Below are positions 1 through 13,791 of a stretch of 64,000 nt of DNA, in pieces. This DNA is from Psammoneis japonica. Taxonomy: Eukaryota. Numbering within the stretch: the stretch's first letter is position 1; the number at the start of each line of letters is the position of its first letter. The stretch covers positions 124,001 through 188,000 of the forward strand of contig QPGO01000098.1 of NCBI GenBank assembly GCA_008632985.1, read 5' to 3'. The notes beneath the pieces are model-generated. The model made no database searches, was not told the DNA's origin, and saw only the letters and a list, made by a program, of their open reading frames with translations. The position numbers were made by a program, and so were the translations under genes.

Positions 1-25
1 GAATGTATTCAGAGGGTCCAAAGAT

Positions 26-236
26 GGGGGAAGTCTCCAGCCAGCGCTGCTGGCTGAAAAAAGTCTGCTCGTCAGTGCGTTTGGGGGTTTTGCAAGTATG
101 ACAATTTTTACGTATGCAAAAGAAGACGAGTCTGTCCAGCGTTCACCAAAACCCCCTAACGCACAGATTGACAGACTCATTCAGTGCAATTTCTACACAA
201 AATTCTTCAGCCAGCAGCTGGCTGGAGACTTCCCCC
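26..236. mobile_element. MITE-like foldback element
   Basis: GGGGGAAGTCTCCAGCCAGC at 26-45 is the reverse complement of 217-236. A second, imperfect inner inverted pair lies at ~63-92 / ~147-176. No coding capacity and no clear TSD. Confidence 0.6.
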
Positions 237-898
237 AAAGAATCATCACAAGAATACAGTCCTGCACTTGCAGGCACCGGTGCGGGCCCTGGGAGCTGCT
301 GGAAAAAACGATTGTGCCACTGCCGGCACAAGCCTTGATGACGCAGCCATGCGGCCCTGCACGTTGGGCACAGACAGACGCCACCCGCAGCAGCACATGC
401 CATGCCATGCAATGCACTGCATTGCCACAGATGCCCAACACCAAAATCACAGTCTTGATGTGAAAAAAGCCTTCCATGACACCAGTGTTGTCTGACTTCA
501 TTTCTAAAAGCATTCGCTGGTCCACTCGCGCCAGCAAATTTCAAGATTCGCTCGCTCGCTCGCTCGAAGCAAGAGCCCAGTGACAGCCAAAAGCACAAAA
601 GCCCAAAACAATCAAGTCAGGTCCCACGGTCGGACACACCCAGCATGAGAAATCGCAGACAAGCCGGTGGTCAGGCAGATGATGATGCAGCCAGTGTGGT
701 GCTTGGGGCAACAAGCAGGCGCAACAATTGCGCCATCGGCGCACCCTCAAATTTCCCGCCATGTGGCACGCGACAGTCTCCAAGTCGGTTCTCGGTTCGC
801 TTTCCTCTGCTTGCTCGTGAGAGCATTGCAGTGACGATGAGATTGAGAAACATTCGTGGCAACAATGCTTCCACCAAAAAATGCTTTTTGCTGTTGTT

Positions 899-1871
899 TC
901 AACCATCAAAATGCTCGACATCAAATGGTGGGCAGCCCATCATGAGGGCCAACTGTGTGATGTTGGCCACGGCATGAAACACATGGCAATGTGTTTCCTT
1001 TGCATGGCATCATCTTTTCTGAAGCATTCCAAAGTGCTTGGGCCATCCATTGACAGCCTCATGCCTTGCCCTTGCTGTTGTTTTCATGGCCTCGTCTGCA
1101 TTTCTTGGGCCGGATGGTGTCAAGCTGCACTGGCAGCCGTCGCTGTGGCCACCGTTGGCCAGACACATCTTGCCATCTTCAAGCTCTTCAATGATCCATT
1201 TGCGAGCAATGCTCAGATCCAGCAACCCAGCTGGGTGTGGTCCATTGACCCAAACAATCCACCCTGTTTGAGTGCATGCTCCAATTTCACACCGCAGCCC
1301 AGCACTGTGGAATTTGTGGGAGAACCCTGTTGGATCGAACGGCAATGGCTCACAGATTCTGAAATCAGCGCCATCGAGTGTCACCAAACAAGTGCTGCCG
1401 TTATCACCAATGAAGCGGTCTTCCCAGTGAATCTAAAAGAAGGTGTCAGCTCACTTGTTTCATGCACATGAGCTTGTCTGGAATGGCGCGCACCAAATCC
1501 AACTGTCCAACAAGTTGAATGCTGACCCAAACCCATTTTCTCAGCGTGTCTTCATGAATTTTGTTACAGATTCTGGCAACGACTGTCTCAGATTCATGCA
1601 ATTTGAGAAAGCAAAGGGTGCACAGCAGGTGAATGGGCAAAAATCCTGGTGGCATTTTTCCGTCGTCTTCCAGAAGCCCCCACAACTCAGATGCTGCTTC
1701 TTGTGGGGTGCAGAAGCATGATGTGAAGCGACAGTTCCACACTGCAGGTGAGCCTTTTTGCTTCTGAATGACAGTCTGTGCCAAGCACTCTGTGGCCTCT
1801 TTGGGTGGATGCATGATTGGTGGTTGCTGGTGCACACAGCCAATCAAGCACTGTTTTAGACTTTTTTCCAT
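899..1871 (-). pseudogene. DDE_Tnp_4 (PIF/Harbinger-type) transposase relic
   Basis: Motifs HLLCTLCFLKLHESE..TLRKWVW, VTLDGADFRICEP..FSHKF..GLRCEIG..GWIVWVNGP, ANGGH (DxGY-like) and RARHEAVNG. Positions expected to be Tyr read Cys or His. Probable intron near 1450. Ends approximate. Confidence 0.75.
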
Positions 1872-2715
1872 TGGACCGTGTGTGCCACCTGCTGTTCCAG
1901 TTGTTTGTTGAGAGTTGTGCTTGTCATCTTGGGCGCAGTTTGGGTTCTCATTTGGAGAGGCCTTTCGTGAGATTCCGTCGTGTGTGACGAAAACACGAAA
2001 AAAATGCGATTCGGGTGCGGTTTCGGAATGGCGACTTCGAAACGAACGCCAAAGGCAAGTTTGGGTGTCCTCATCTCAACCGGAACCGGTGCACTGACGG
2101 CTCCAAGGCATGCTCTTGGCTCAACTAACACAGCAGCAGAGTTGCAACATGTGACACAGCATTTTAATCCCATGATCCATTGATGGCGGGGCTTCAAAGA
2201 AACGCATTTTTCTGCAAATCGAAATGAAAACGCCTTTTCATGGATGAAGAGCACACGTAAATGTGCCACTGAAAAGATGGAATGAACTTGCACACCAAAG
2301 TTCACTGTCAGTGCAATTGTTTTATCACAAGCTACAGCCATGTTTGAGCCAATCATTCCCATGTTGAGACGGCCCAAAGTCATCGTTCTGGAGCCGGAAA
2401 TCGTTTTGTGTGTGATTTGCGAACGATTTTAGTGCGGTCTCGGAACGTTTTTCGGGTGGACTTGAGGGAATCTAGGGCCCCCCACAATGTCAAGAGGCCC
2501 TTTCTCACTTTTGGCGGTTGGGATTAATTTTGGCGGTTGGGGTTTTTCAGATTTGAAAAGAGCAGCATCCCGCAAGAAGCAGTGAGGTGGGTTGGTCGTG
2601 ACCCATTCAAAAATGGGGTTCTCATTGCTGCCCGTCAATGCGAACGCGGATCTTGACGCCTCTCGACTTTGCACCATCCATCCTGTCATAAAAAAGAGAA
2701 AACAAAAGAAACAAC

Positions 2716-3891
2716 ATGCCCAAACTCAATCAACGAACCAAATCGGTTCTTGACACAGAGGCCGCCAGTCCCCTTGTTCGTCCACAGTGGTGCAAGGGAT
2801 CCGCCGCCTGCAAAGTCCTGAAGGAGATGTTGATGGAGGGCAAGATGATCCCTGGCGCGATGCCAAAAGAGATCCAGCAGATGCGCGCAGAGTTCATGCA
2901 CTGTCCACTGGACAGATTCCGCACTGGCTTGTGCAGGCTCAAAGACGAAACCGGGTTCAATCTTCGTCGTGTGATGAATGCCAGCAATGAGAACCCTGAC
3001 GGTGAGTGTTGATTGTTGATTGTGTTCCTGCATGAATGTGTGACAATTGGAAGTGACGTCACATCATTGCTGATGCTTGCATTTTCATTTTGACCGCGCG
3101 CTGCATGCACTGTTGTTGTTCTCGTCGTGCATTCACCAGACACCGATGATTCCGATGACAAGCAGCTGTTCTCCGGCGGCCCAGACAGCACTCGTCAGAC
3201 GAATGCATCGGCTCCAACTCCCACCAACAACAATGATGCCGCTGGCATCATGAATGGAGCTGGTGTTGCTCTTGTGGTGGAGGGACGTGGTGGTGGGCAA
3301 GGAGGAGGTTGGAAGAGCTTCAAGCCCATGGTCTTGCAAGCCACTCACAAGGACTCTGTCACCAAGACCAATCACATCGTGTTGCTTGTTGTGGCTCCAT
3401 CTGGTGTTTGCACCACGGACCTTTCTGGCATTCAGCTGTCTGTTGTGGGCAATGGAATGATGCTCAGTTGCCTCTCCCAATGGCCTCAGCACTCCATGGA
3501 CATGGATGCTCTCCACACAGTTCTCCTTTCTGAAGTTTCTGCTGAAGGGGGCGGCCACGGTGGCAATGATGAACTGCATGATGTGCACAAGTGCTTTGAA
3601 GCTCTTTCGGATGAGCTGGCTTCAATGAGGCAGTCTGACTCTGAGGTCCTGTCTTCCACGGCCATCACTCCCTTGCCAATCCAGGTCTCTAGGAAAATCA
3701 ACAAGGTCCATTTGTTGGATGGGCGTGGTGGGTCCAGGATCATTCATGTGGACCTCAAGTCAGAAGATTCAACATGCTGTGCCATGGAGAATCCAAAAGT
3801 CAAGTTGATTGATGCTGCAGGCGGCGGTCTTGGACTCATTGGTGACAATCAGGAGCCTTCATGTTGGCGGATGGGATGCACATGCATTTGA
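2716..3891 (+). pseudogene. Accessory (second) ORF of the Harbinger-like element, two exons
   Basis: ORFs 2716-3012 and 3127-3891 lie inside the TIRs, divergent from the transposase. GTGAGT donor at 3002 and candidate acceptor near 3139. No Tyr in either translation. Confidence 0.5.
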
Positions 3892-4140
3892 CTCAACACA
3901 CAGATTGGGACCCAGGATTGTTGGCAACTGACTGGCATGAGAAAATGCTGCTTTAGACAACAGTCTTAGTGCAACTAGTTGTTTGTGTGAAACACACAAC
4001 TCAGCTCAATCTTTGGCTTGTGCTTCGTCGGCATGTGGTGCCGGCACGGCAACATGCAGTCGTCGTCTGCTCATGTTTTTCATCGAAAAAACGCGCAAAA
4101 CGATGCAAGACGTTTTTTCCAGCAGCTCCCTGTGCACTTG

Positions 4141-4458
4141 CTAAGAATTGCTGAACAATTGCGCGATTCACGTGCCCGAAGGTCGAACATCGTTGCCCGA
4201 AGCAACATTCTACCTTCGCGCAGATGTCCACCCTGCATGGCACATGGTGTTGAAATTCTCATTGCAGTCGCATGAGTCATCGCGGGAATTTCATCAAATG
4301 ACCTCGTGGTGCTGTGATGCGCGATCTACACAAATCGGACATTCTCGAATGCTGGCGCATTTTCTATGGTCTCTACGTGCGTGAAGCTTGAATTTTGTGC
4401 CCGAAGCAACAATCGTCGTTCGGGCACATGAGCCGCGCAATTGTTCAGCGATTCGCAG
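4141..4458. mobile_element. Tc1/mariner-type MITE, TpA-mutated copy
   Basis: Imperfect ~40-bp TIRs (..GCTGAACAATTGCGCG..CGCGCAATTGTTCAGC..). Colinear with 29349-29666. Flanked by TG...TG where the other copy has TA...TA. Confidence 0.85.
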
Positions 4459-6512
4459 TGTGGAGCCCGATGAGGAGGGTTCGGCCCCGCCGAACCCAAT
4501 GAGAAGGGTCCAAGCAACAAGGTGGATGAGACCAACAAGGTGGTTTGCACAGTGGCAAGAACAACCCCAGCGAGGAGGGTGGATGACGAGGAGGGCTTTA
4601 GCCCGACAAGAAGGCCACACGACAAGCTGTGGGTCGTTCTCGCCATTGTGCAACCCAACGAGAAGGTCGAACCGAGGCGCGTTGAGTGCACACGGGAGTG
4701 CACACAGGGTCCCCTGCTGCAAGGATTTCACACATGTGATTTGACCGTTGCTGCAACCACTTGGGGAGCACTTTCATGTGCAAGACTGAAGCACCAAAGC
4801 ACCACAAAAGAGAACTTTTGCGCTGCAGGTTTGCTTGTTGGCAACGGTTTTTGGCGCCGACTGGCAGTCGCGAAATCATTCAAAATTGTCAACATTGCAC
4901 ACAATGTCACAATGAATTAAAAGTCATGCACACATTGATCTCGGCTTCTAAAACCATTGGCATGATCAACATTTAAAAACATTGGCGGGGTTGATTCAAA
5001 CAGACCACGCAGAATTGCACATGCTGGTGCAGTTTAACGGCAGAATCCTTGCAGTCTGCAGAGAGACAGCAAGGTTCTGCTTGCAACCCTTCTACACGAT
5101 TTTATGCTGAGGCACACTTGTGCACGTGCACTTTGCACCGAGAAATTTTGTGTGACTCTGAACGGTGTGTGGTCGAGTTGATGGCTGACAATTTTTCCAA
5201 GCGGCCGATCGACAACCACCACTCCCTCTGACAATGGCACTTTTGGCTGATTTGACCGGTGCGACACCACCTCCTGACCCCCCCTCCTTGCTTGCTGGTG
5301 TTGTGCTCCATTGGATCGTGCCATGTGAGCAAGCCCTGGCTGTAGAATGGGTCAGAATGACTCAAAATGTGGTGAGCTCTGATTCTCGTGGAATCGCATG
5401 CCTTTTTCCCCGTTCTCGTTCACAATGGCGCTCACCTTGAGCTTCCTTGCCCCACATCTTGATGTGCAGGACTCAAAGATTGGGGCATCTGGGTCCGTGG
5501 GTCAACACCGTCACTGTCACCATTTTTTGCTCCGTCCCCATTCTTCCGTGCCGCTCCACCACGGCACTTCTTCTCTCCCCGGTCCATGCCATCCCACCAT
5601 GCACTGCCTCCATTCTCCAAGCTGCTGCGGCAATCCCAAGCACCGACTTTCTGCCATTGCTCATGCCGATTTGCCACCTGCTTTTGTCGTCCTGCTCCGT
5701 GGAACCACCAGACTGCCTCTCTTCCATCTGTCCTTCCTGGCCACCGCTGACGATCCAGGCACCCCAAGTTTTGATCCCAATGGTGAGTTTTCATCAGTCG
5801 TTTGCCTGTTGTTGCATTGCATTTGCAGAAAAGTGTGTTCTCACCTCCTTGTGTTGTTCCATGTCACCGCAGATGTGGTCATTTTTCAGGCGCTGGTGCC
5901 ATGCTTCTCTGTGCAAGTTTTTGTGCATGCCAATGTTGTCTTGCTTTGTTCTTTTCATTGAAGACATGGTGCTGGCTCAAACAGATCCATTCTCTCTTTT
6001 GCGCCCTCTTGCAACATTGTTGGATTGCTGTGCTTGCATCTCTCTCCGGCACTTGCATCACCATCAGTCTCTTTGCTTGCATCATCTCTTCTCCACACTC
6101 ATTTCCCCTGTCAATTGCACGTGCATAATTTCTGCATAAATGGCTCGCACACAGAGTGACAAAACACCACCAAATTGCACAGTGACGGCTGTCAATGGTT
6201 TTTAGAATTGCTTGAGCTCACCCACACTCGAGCAGTGGGGGAGTCCTGCCACGCCGGCATGGATGCGGTGACAGAGTGAAATGACACATTGTCCTTGGGC
6301 ATCATCTCCCACCGGTGCAAACTCCGTGAACAACACATCATTGGAATCCTCATGACATGAGGTTTCCCAATCAATGGCCTCAACTCTTCAACCACTCACT
6401 TGAGGATTTGTGACGTGTCATGCACTTTTACAATGACACAATGCACACGGCACACAAAAATGTCATGTGGTGCAGAATCTGCGCAAAGTGTGCCATGTGG
6501 ATTTACTTGTTG

Positions 6513-6834
6513 GGAGCAAATCTCCACCGGCGGAGATTTGCTCCAAGGGTGTGGCATTGTTGCTCTGTTTGTGACAGCAACTCATGATGACCTGCATTGT
6601 CAAAGGTTGAGATTTGGCTCCTCTCTGTCCACAGATGCAGCTTGCAAAAAAAAACCAGTGTCAAAAGTCAATGTTGAACTTTCAAAATTACAAAAAGGGT
6701 TCCCCCAGATTTTTGGCAAATGTGTGGTCCAAAACAAAAATCGCGTGAACAAAATGTCACACATGTGTCTGAAAATTCTTCGTGTGCTGTGTTTGTGATG
6801 CAAGCAAGCAAATCTCCACCTGCGGAGATTTGCT
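6513..6834. repeat. Pair of near-identical hairpins
   Basis: GGAGCAAATCTCC-accggc-GGAGATTTGCTCC (6513-6544) and AGCAAATCTCC-acctgc-GGAGATTTGCT (6807-6834). Confidence 0.7.
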
Positions 6835-7713
6835 CAAGTCCGGTGGTTGAAGGGTCAAGCAGTTGGAACGGAATTTGCGATGGACCATTTTGTGTGGAAG
6901 ATGACAGACAAAAAATGTGAGAATTGGGGTGCACGGAAGATTTCCACCATGCTTCTCCCACACCAATTTAACACTTAACGCCAATTGGAAACAAGCACCA
7001 CATCATGTGGTGTTTCAAAAAATTTGAACACCACATGTGGTGTTTCGATTTTTTGTTTGGCAATCATGTCCAATTGAATCAGGTTTGAGACCCAAATGAC
7101 TGCATGAACAAATTCTCTGCACTCGAAAACATGCACTTCCACTCTTCAATCATCTCCATGTGACCTTTGGTTGTTGAGTTTCCGGCAAAACTGCTTCCAC
7201 CATGACGGTCCCAACTGCATCACCCGATGAGGTGGAATGTTCCCTCCCACGACCTCCCTCTCCTGCCGGGATGAACAGACAACAGACAAACATTGCTGAC
7301 ATGTTGACAGGCAGCATTGATGTTCCCGATTCACCCTGTGCTTTTGAGGAACAATTCAACAAATTTCAGCAAATTTGAGCAATGTTGACCCCAAAGCAGT
7401 TGTGCGCCCGCTGCCAGCCAAGAAGTCCAGGAATTGATTTTCTCACACCAAGAAGAAGCCAACTGGAAATGCTGAGTCATTTGCAAAGCCTGAGCACCAA
7501 GAGTCATGCTCCACCAAGTGCTTTGATGCAGTGCAGATTGAGGGTTCCATGCGCCCGAGTCACGGTGCCAGAATTTGACGTTCCAAAACACTCCAGTCAG
7601 TCTGTGGTGAGCAGTGGTCATTGGTTCATCTTCTTGGGGATGCTTGATGATTCGACATTTTTATTTGAAATGCTGAATTGGCACACTGGCTCTTCTCTGC
7701 AGGTTTCCATCAT

Positions 7714-8114
7714 GTGTGGGCATGCAGCAGTTTATGCCGCAGAGACAGAAACAGCAAAACAGACAACTTGGGAGGTGCGAGTTGACCAGTCACTAAATTG
7801 TGAGAACAAAAACTGCTCTGCTCGACAACCAACAAGAATTTGCAGGAAACAAGAAGTGACCCGTGTTTGCACTGAACTCAACACAGATGCACATGTTGCA
7901 AAGACTTGTCAAGAACAAGAAGTTCTTGATTGCATGAAGAAGAACAGAAGTGAGGCTCAACTCTTGACTTGAATCCCAGACCTCTGATCTCATTCATTTC
8001 TCAATCTGTGATTGGGTGAGTCGTTGATGGTGGTTGATGGCTGTTTCTGAGTGGTCATTGTCGCACGCAGGACTTGATGGCATGATGACACATGAACATG
8101 TGTGTGTTCCCACA
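7714..8114 (-). repeat. 3' LTR of Copia copy 1 (low-coordinate end approximate, possibly truncated)
   Basis: Aligns by eye to 13792-14198 and begins TG on - right after the PPT. Confidence 0.8.
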
Positions 8115-8141
8115 CTCCCTCATGCCAAAATGTCTGAGTTG

Positions 8142-11100
8142 TTGCCAGCCCTGCACTGACAGGCGATGGCAGATGAACAACGCCAGGCCCGACATTTTCA
8201 TCAGGAAGTTGGCCTGTTGGAGTTTGGTGCCAACAGCCTCAATCAGGAGACATCCATTGGCCACTTCAGATTGGAAGTGATGGCAAATGTTGTTGACATG
8301 GTGCATGGCGCATTTGTGGACGCATCTTGGGCACCTTTGCGATTTCAAGTGTGGCCGAGTTGTCCTCGAACAGTTTGCAGCAAACGGTTGGTGTGGTTGC
8401 CACAGGGCAGAAGTTCTTGTTCACCTCCTCAAGGAGGTGTGTGGAAGCTTTGACATGCCTGGTGGCAGCCGACAGGGCCAAGTGTTCACTCTCACTGCTG
8501 CTGAGAGCAAACTGCTGAGTCTGCAACTTGGATGACCAGCAGAGAGGAGCCCCTCCATGCTTGACAACACAGCCACTGCGAGACTTTGCCGTGTTGGGGT
8601 CCTCCGCCGCGATCGTTTTGTCCCAGTTGCCACAGAAGTCGGCGTCCACGTAGCACTCAAAGCTCTTGGTGCCATCTGGAGGGACCTGAATGTGGTGACC
8701 CTTGTCACGAGTCAGCAACAGGTGCCGACCGAGGTGCTTGAGGGCTGCGCCATGAGACTTCTTTGGATTGGCGGTGAAGCGAGCCAGTTGGTGAGTCGTG
8801 TGCGCGACATCCGGGTGAGTGGACTTCTCAAGGAAGTTGACTTTGCCCACAACCGATCGGCAGTCGAAATCACAGTCAAAAGGTTTGCCGTCAAAGTCAG
8901 GCCCAATGAGCCTGGCAGAGAGGGCTGGAAGCTCCCTGGTGGTCACCACTTTCTTTGGTGTTCCATCCTCATTGACAAGTCCGAGATCAACAAGGATGCT
9001 GTTGATCAGGTGAGGCTGGGCCAAGTGATGTCGATCCTTCTCCCTCTGAATCTTGACTCCAAGGCATTCGTCAATGGTTCCTTCGTCCTCCACATCGAAC
9101 ATGGTTTGCATCAACTTGACAACCTTGTCAATGTTTGCAGCAGACTCTTTGTCAAAGACAAGACAATCATCTGTGTAGACTAGCAGGACTGTGGTTCCTC
9201 CATGGAAGACGCATTCATCGAACTCCGATGGAACAAAACCGAGTTGCAACAAACTGGCGCGGAGATGTTTGCACCAGGTTCGTCCACTGTCATGTCCGCC
9301 GTGTGTGTTCTTCTCAATGCGGAGACAGAATTTGTTGTGATCAATGCCAGGAAATGTCACTCCCTCAGGTGGCTCCATGAAGGTCGGTCGTGGAATGTCC
9401 GCTTGTGGATGCGCAAGGACGAAATCAACTTGTCTTGAATGCCATCCATGCACAACACACAGATGCAGAAACAGATGGATCATTGTCCAGGACAAAGCTG
9501 GTGCGTGAGTCTGGTCACAGTGCTTTCCGGGAATCTGCTTGTGCCCTCCAAGATTAAGTCGACTCTTCCACTTGTAGACTTCTCGTGTGTGAATTCGGCA
9601 CTTGCGCTTCATTGACCACACTGCTGGCAGGATCGTCTCATTGTCGGGTGCATCGGATTTCTCGCATGGTTCCCAGTGATCACGAGCAGCATGGTCTTGA
9701 ATTTCCTTCACCATGGCCTCCTTGAACTGCTCTGCATCTGGCTGCTTCATGGCTTTGTGCGTGCACATGGTGTCAGGATCAGCAGAGGCCTTCAAGAAGC
9801 AAACGATGGGATCATCAAGATCTGCCTGAAAATCTTGTTCTGAGTGCATGTCTTGGTCCAGCACCTCGAAGTCGGCTCTGCATGAGACAATGTTGGCCTG
9901 CTGTTGCAGTTCCGACTCGATCATGCGCTGTGTTGGCTGAACAGTGTGTCCAGACCGCATCGTTTGCACTGCTGGTGGAGGCTCCGGTTCGGGCACTTCG
10001 GACTCTGGCAGTGATTCTGGGGTCTCAGAGGCTCCCTCATTTGTTGCATTTGGCGTGTCTTCTTCGCCTTCCACCAATTCATCCGGTGCGGTCGCCTCCA
10101 CAGGCATTTCGGTGGGTTCGGCACCATGGTGTGCATTTGACGTGGTTCGCGTGGTCTTGATGCGTGCCGCCATTCCGGTCTTCTTGGTGATTCGTGGTTG
10201 AAGTTTTGAGTCTTGGAGAAAGTGGCAGATCTGCTGCCAGCGGGACTCAGTCGCGCGTTGGGATTTGAGCGTTTCGAACAAATTGTCAAACCTCATGTGA
10301 CATTGTGGTGAGACCATCCCTGTGGCGAGATTTGGAACCAGAGCAACTGAACGAGAGTGTCTTGGCAATGGTCCAAGGCACAGACCGACTCGAGAGCGAG
10401 GGTCCCACTTGGGTGCAGTGTTGTTGGCTTGCAATTTGCTGTTTAAAACGTAGACTGGTGCAGGCGAATGGATGAAAGTGCCAAATTTTGGGTTTCACTG
10501 GCACTTTTGAGAAAAGTTCGATCGGCGACACTTGCTGACCAGTTCTTGGCACACAGTCACGCACAGCATTTGCGCATCGAATGGTGCAGGGCCACAGAGC
10601 CACCTCCACTGCTGCTGGCCATCGATGCTCAGCACATGTGAGTTGTGTGCGAGCTGAATCTTGAAGGTCACGGATTCTTTTCTCGCAGGTGCCATTTTGA
10701 AAGTGTGCATTGACTCCACAAAAGGACATCATTTGGTTTGCATCCTTCACTGCCTTGAGGTGTGCATTGTCTGCGAAACGGCCATTGTTGGCATGGCAGT
10801 GAAGAATGTGAACTCCGAGTGATCGGGAGTGTGCTTCAAACGCGTGCTTCGCTGCTGCCATCTCAGCTCCAGTCAATGTTGTTTGCAAATGGACAAAAGA
10901 GAAGTCACTGTGGTGGTCAACGAATGCAGCAGCGCATCTGTGGCGTTTTGTTGTTGCCCAGCCTTTCAATTGGCCCATCAGACCTGGTGTTGTCGCATCG
11001 AGTTGGTCCACCGACACGCGCTGACCGGGCTCAGCAGCTTTGAACATTTTGTTTTGTTTGTTGTCCCCTTTGACTTTCCAAGGTGCTTTTGTCGCTTTTC

Positions 11101-12505
11101 CGAATCGACAGGCAGCACATTGAGGGACGTGGCACGTTGACAGACGACGAGGCAGGTCTCCATTGCGAGCCATGGCTTGCATGCGCGAAAAAGGGAGATG
11201 ACCGAGTCGACAGTGCCAAAGCAGCAATTCGTGGGATGGATTCGTAGGCGTGATGATCTCTTCATTTTTGATGAATTGTTCACCCTCTGAACCGTCCTCT
11301 GACAGGTTGAATTCGACTGCATTAGGGTTGGACGGAGGTGTTGATTGATCCGCATGGACAGCTCCCTTGTTCGGGCTAGTTGTGTCGTCGGGCACTTCGT
11401 CAACTGGAACATGAGTCGGAACAGCAGGTTGCTTGGCATGATCCGAGACCCCGTCGGGCAGAGGAGCATGATTGTGAGCAACAGCAGCGTTGGGTGTGTC
11501 GTCGTCGGGCGGAACAAGGTGTGCTCGGAATGCACAAAAATTTTCGTCACGACGATGGTCGTGTGTTTCGCACAACTCCTGAAGGGACGTAAAAGAAGGG
11601 GCAGAGCGAAAGACACCAACATTGCTTGTGTTGAGGGGGACCGACCGCGTGCATTTTTGGTCCATCCACTCTAAAATGATGCGGTTGCTCGTGGTTGTAG
11701 CATGAGTCCCTTCTTGGGTGCGCTCTTGTGGCTTGAGAGCTTGAGCCAGGTGTTGCGGAGACAGGAGCCGAATCGGGAGGTCGGGCACACAGCAGACGCC
11801 GGGTGTGTTCAAGTCATGTGTTCGGCTGAGGTCATCTTGGATGGGCCAACACACAGTGCCTTTGTGTGAGGCCGATGCATTGCTGGACATGCCCTTGACG
11901 TTGACATTGACCTTTGTTGGTGTCCGGATGAAGTCTGACATTGAGTTGGTCAGACAGCAGGAGGCGTGGTCATCGACACCAATGAGGAATGAGTTGGTGT
12001 CGCAGCTGTGGTCGTTGCAGGTTGAGCACCGTTCCGCATCGGTGGTGGAGGAGCATCCGACAACCGGTTCATGGGTCACGTGGACCTCAATGACCTTGTG
12101 CATGACACGTGTGCCACATTTGCGTCGGACATGTCGTTGGCGGCAAGCAGAGCCTCGCTTGCACCGACTCTGAGGTCTTTGGACTGTGGGCTTGGGATTT
12201 GGGTTGAAGTGGAAGGGCTTGGCTAAGTCAGACAAGGAGCACAATGGATCATGTGCACTGCCAATCACATTGGCTGCGACAGGAATTACTTTCATCAGAA
12301 TGGTGTCCACAGTTTCATCAGTGCAAGCCAAGATTGCAAACAGCACAACAAGCAGTGCAGCATGGATCATCTCCAAACCTGACCGCCACCTTCGTTCGCC
12401 TTGGGCCTGTCCAGTCATGTCATTGATGCCGGGAAGCGGTGAGAGCATCGGACGTCGGCTGGTTTGGATTGCCCCTGTTGCGGTTGTCCGCTTTCTGCTT
12501 GGCAC
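8142..12505 (-). pseudogene. Copia pol (integrase-RT-RNase H), frameshifted
   Basis: Integrase LWHCRLGH, VSVDQ, HANNGRF, HFQNG. RT AVWSMKRK, KWKSRLN.GGH, LLVYTDD. RNase H CYVDADFCG, ALSSSESE, FEDNS. Frameshifts near 10430 and 8300. Confidence 0.9.
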
Positions 12506-12633
12506 GACAGTCCTTGCTCAAGTGCTGTCCCCAGCACTTGTGGAAGTTGCAACACTTCCATTCTTCTCCCTCAAAGGTCTTCACTTTGGGTTCTCCGGGC
12601 TGAGGTTCGACGCCGTGCCAAGTCCATTTTCCT

Positions 12634-13706
12634 TCAAATTTCGGTTTTTTCACCTTTCTTGCGTTTGGCGGCGTTTGAGGACTTCTTGGCCTGGCCAGCG
12701 TTGGAAGGTTTCTGGTCCGATGACCGCTGGGGTGACCTGCGCAAGCGTTGGTTCCGGAGGTCGTTCACTTTGGCGCGAAGAGCAACAATTTGCGCTTGTT
12801 CCTCGGTTGGTTCGTTCCACTTTTCGTTGAGGACGAGGGCTTGACATTTCTTCTCAGCGCGAATCATGAGTTGCTCATGGGTGACATCGACTCCATCGTC
12901 ATGGTCCTCGTTGATTTTCTCCATGTGCTTTGTGAAGTTCTTGTCCGTGCATGCTGCATGTCCCTTGAATGGGTTCGTGATGAGATCGTTGGACGTTTCT
13001 CCTCGGCTTGACAGGGATTTGATCCGGTCCCTCACGTGCTTGTTGAATGCCTTGATGTCGTGGTTGGCTGTGTTGACCATGTGCTTGTCCAAGGATGCGA
13101 GCTCGGAGTGGATGTGGGAGGCTGCAGCGCGAGCATCAATCTCGGCCTTCGAGAGTAGAATTTTGAGGTGCAACACCCCGCAATCCGTGTCTCCGATGCG
13201 ACACTGCTCGGATTCGTTGGCCATGACTTGCTTGGCAGCTTCATCCACCGAGTTGTGAAGGCACAGGCACAGCTGATGGTCATTCTGGGTTTCGCGATTC
13301 TGCCCGTTTGTGCAGGTGGCGGACACCGTGCGGATCTGTTCCGGTGTGATGTTTCCGCACGATGTGAGCATGTTCTGGTTTTCAGCGGCGGCGCCAGCTG
13401 CTCCCTCATTGACGTTGATCATTGGGATGTCGTTCCAACCAAAAGCTCTGGACCTTGTGCAAAGTTCATCGAGCAATGCGCGGATGTTGGGCTTCTGGGT
13501 GTTGAACATGGTCGGTGGAGGTTCAGTGGATGTCTTGAACACGTCGGCATCGCCTCGGCGACTGCAGTCAAGTGGTGCATCACGGGCCAAGGCTGGTGAG
13601 CGAGCGAAGTTGCCAGCTGGAGGGTTGTTCTGGGCGTCAACAAGAGGTTGGATGGCGGCCGGAATGGCTGCAGCAATTGCGGCTGCGATCTGTTCGGCGT
13701 TCATGA
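12634..13706 (-). pseudogene. Copia gag
   Basis: ORF directly downstream of the 5' LTR. The C-terminal knuckle-like WKCCNFHKCWGQHLSKDC continues in the shifted frame 12420-12653. Confidence 0.75.
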
Positions 13707-13791
13707 TGTCGTCGTTTCGGCAACCACAACGTTGGGCTCTGGTTTCTGCAACAATTTTGAACTGAGTCAGGTCTCTGTAGCACAGAGGAAG

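Larger units (their letters stand above)
291..4130. mobile_element. PIF/Harbinger-like DNA transposon with two divergent ORFs, TpA-mutated
   Basis: Perfect 20-bp terminal inverted repeats GGGAGCTGCTGGAAAAAACG (291-310) and its reverse complement (4111-4130). They enclose a DDE transposase relic on - and an accessory ORF on +. Confidence 0.8.

Noticed and set aside
4459..4734. Solo LTR (TG...CA)
   Set aside because: No second copy, PBS/PPT or TSD. TG/CA ends are uninformative in TG/CA-enriched DNA.
5400..6400. IQ/WW-like protein relic
   Set aside because: Motif hints are too degraded to support a call.
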